Of a stretch of 61,655 bases of DNA, positions 60,712-61,655 are shown piece by piece. Within the stretch, counting starts at the first letter, position 1. Each line of letters opens with the position of its first letter. A program made the position numbers and the translations under genes. The stretch is from Gammaproteobacteria bacterium (lineage in GTDB: Bacteria; Pseudomonadota; Gammaproteobacteria; Steroidobacterales; Rariloculaceae): assembly GCA_035760685.1 (NCBI GenBank), contig DASTSM010000349.1, positions 1 through 61,655 on the forward strand, in the 5' to 3' direction. The notes beneath the pieces are model-generated. The model was not told where the DNA came from and did not search any database. It saw nothing but the letters and a program-made list of their open reading frames with translations.

Positions 60712-61655
60712 ATGCTACGCAACTACCTCAAGATCTCGATTGCCGTGCTGCTGAGGCGCAAGTTCCTGACGTTCGTCAATCTCTTCGGCGCCGTGCTGAC
60801 GCTGACCGTGCTCGTCGTCGCGTTCGCGATCTTCGAAGGCACGGTGAGCCCGGCCGGCGCCCAGGATCGGCAGGACCACATCCTCACGATTCCGCGCCTC
60901 ATCTTGACAGGGACGCGCGGCACGCTCGTGAGCGGCCTCGGCGCCAAGTTCTATGAGCAGTACGTCGCGACGCTCGAGACGCCGGACAAGATCAGCTACG
61001 CCACGGTCCCGCAGGCGACGAGCGCCTGGTTGGACGGGCGTAAGGTCACGTCGCAGCTGCGCCGCACCGACGCGGCGTATTGGCAGATGCTCGACTTCGA
61101 TGTCCTCGACGGCCGAGTGCTCTCGGCAGACGACGTCGACCAGGGACGGTTCGTCGCCGTCATCAACGAGGCGACGGCCGACACGTTCTTTCCGGGCGGG
61201 TCCGCGGTCGGTGAGACCGTCGCCGCGGGCTCCGAGAAGTTCGAGGTCGTCGGCGTCGTCGCGAACGAGCCCGAGACGAGCGCGCTCGCCTACTCGGACA
61301 TCTGGGTGCCGCTCACGACGGCGACCGGCGGCCGGGACGACTGGCTCGGCAGCGGACAGGCCATGCTGTACATCGAGGATACGGGAAGGCTTCGCGCTGC
61401 CCAGGACGAGTACGCTCGAGCGCTCGAGAGTTTCGTCTACGCGCCGAATCCCAAACAGTTCCAGCGGGCCGTCTCGTCCGCTTCGACCTCGCTCGAGCTG
61501 CTCGCGAGCTCCGTCATGGGCGACGTCTACCGGGGACGATTGCCCGAAAATGCCGCCTCTCCCCAAAGCCTGGTCGCGCAGTTCTTCGCGCTGGCGGTCG
61601 TCGCCATGCTGCTCTTCATGTCCCTGCCGGCGATCAACATGGCGAATCTCAATAT
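60712..61655 (+). CDS. ABC transporter permease (MacB_PCD/FtsX type), 3' end cut by the window edge
   Basis: ATG at 60712, 19 nt after the ATPase stop. The frame stays open to the window end and is absent from the ORF track because it has no stop. MLRNYLKISIAVLLRRKFLTFVNLFGAVLTLTVLVV, then a MacB periplasmic-core-like region (VAVINEATADTFFPGGSAVGE, FEVVGVV). Confidence 0.8.
   Translation, partial: MLRNYLKISIAVLLRRKFLTFVNLFGAVLTLTVLVVAFAIFEGTVSPAGAQDRQDHILTIPRLILTGTRGTLVSGLGAKFYEQYVATLETPDKISYATVPQATSAWLDGRKVTSQLRRTDAAYWQMLDFDVLDGRVLSADDVDQGRFVAVINEATADTFFPGGSAVGETVAAGSEKFEVVGVVANEPETSALAYSDIWVPLTTATGGRDDWLGSGQAMLYIEDTGRLRAAQDEYARALESFVYAPNPKQFQRAVSSASTSLELLASSVMGDVYRGRLPENAASPQSLVAQFFALAVVAMLLFMSLPAINMANLN

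Noticed and set aside
1-61655. rRNA and tRNA genes, insertion sequences and prophage genes.
   Set aside because: I saw no T-loop-like GGTTCGAATCC contexts, no rRNA-like segments and no transposase, integrase or phage structural protein signatures in any frame.

Overview
This is a 61.7-kb, very GC-rich bacterial chromosomal segment (about two-thirds G+C or more by eye; not computed). Long Arg/Ala-rich shadow ORFs in non-coding frames are common, and I ignored them. No tools were run, so every family call comes from motifs I recognise in the supplied translations.

Layout:
(1) 1-14.3 kb is a core block. murJ-ribF-ileS-lspA converges on a type IV pilus minor-pilin operon (fimT-fimU-pilV-pilW-pilX-[small ORF]-pilY1-pilE, minus strand). 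As I remember it, this is the gene order of Pseudomonas-type Gammaproteobacteria. Here fkpB/ispH are absent, and ileS is the long Thermus/eukaryote-like type 2 enzyme.
(2) 14.4-36.4 kb is a mixed housekeeping/accessory stretch. It holds a Cys-free Irr-like Fur-family regulator, a CDF transporter, a DUF2235 (Tle1-like) hydrolase, a TonB-dependent receptor and an RND pump with its adaptor. It also holds a VirJ/AcvB-like lipoprotein, YebC, a PEP-CTERM protein, a heterodimeric ABC exporter pair, a secreted protein with 7x7-aa repeats, a PQQ sugar dehydrogenase, and a TetR plus FAD-monooxygenase pair.
(3) 36.4-46.5 kb is a co-directional signalling cluster: a FimX-like degenerate GGDEF-EAL protein, a subtilase with a (GYTWSR)n tail, a 1508-aa propeller-type hybrid histidine kinase, and a REC-GGDEF-EAL protein.
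(4) 46.7-52.1 kb is the most unusual neighbourhood. A RyR-TPR-Rossmannoid-class III cyclase protein converges on a PEP-CTERM protein and a TIR-TM-TPR protein. I flag this as a candidate undescribed nucleotide-signalling or conflict module.
(5) 52.3-61.7 kb holds a secreted hypothetical, MerR plus DUF2938, an orphan double-FtsX (ADOP-like) permease, DUF998, a lower-GC higBA toxin-antitoxin islet, and a MacAB-like HlyD/ATPase/permease operon that runs off the window.

Short (18-34 bp) tandem duplications occur repeatedly at gene junctions: 1431-1526, 6481-6527, 48880-48946, 56802-56873 and 59892-59990. I found no rRNA, tRNA, CRISPR array, transposase or integrase.
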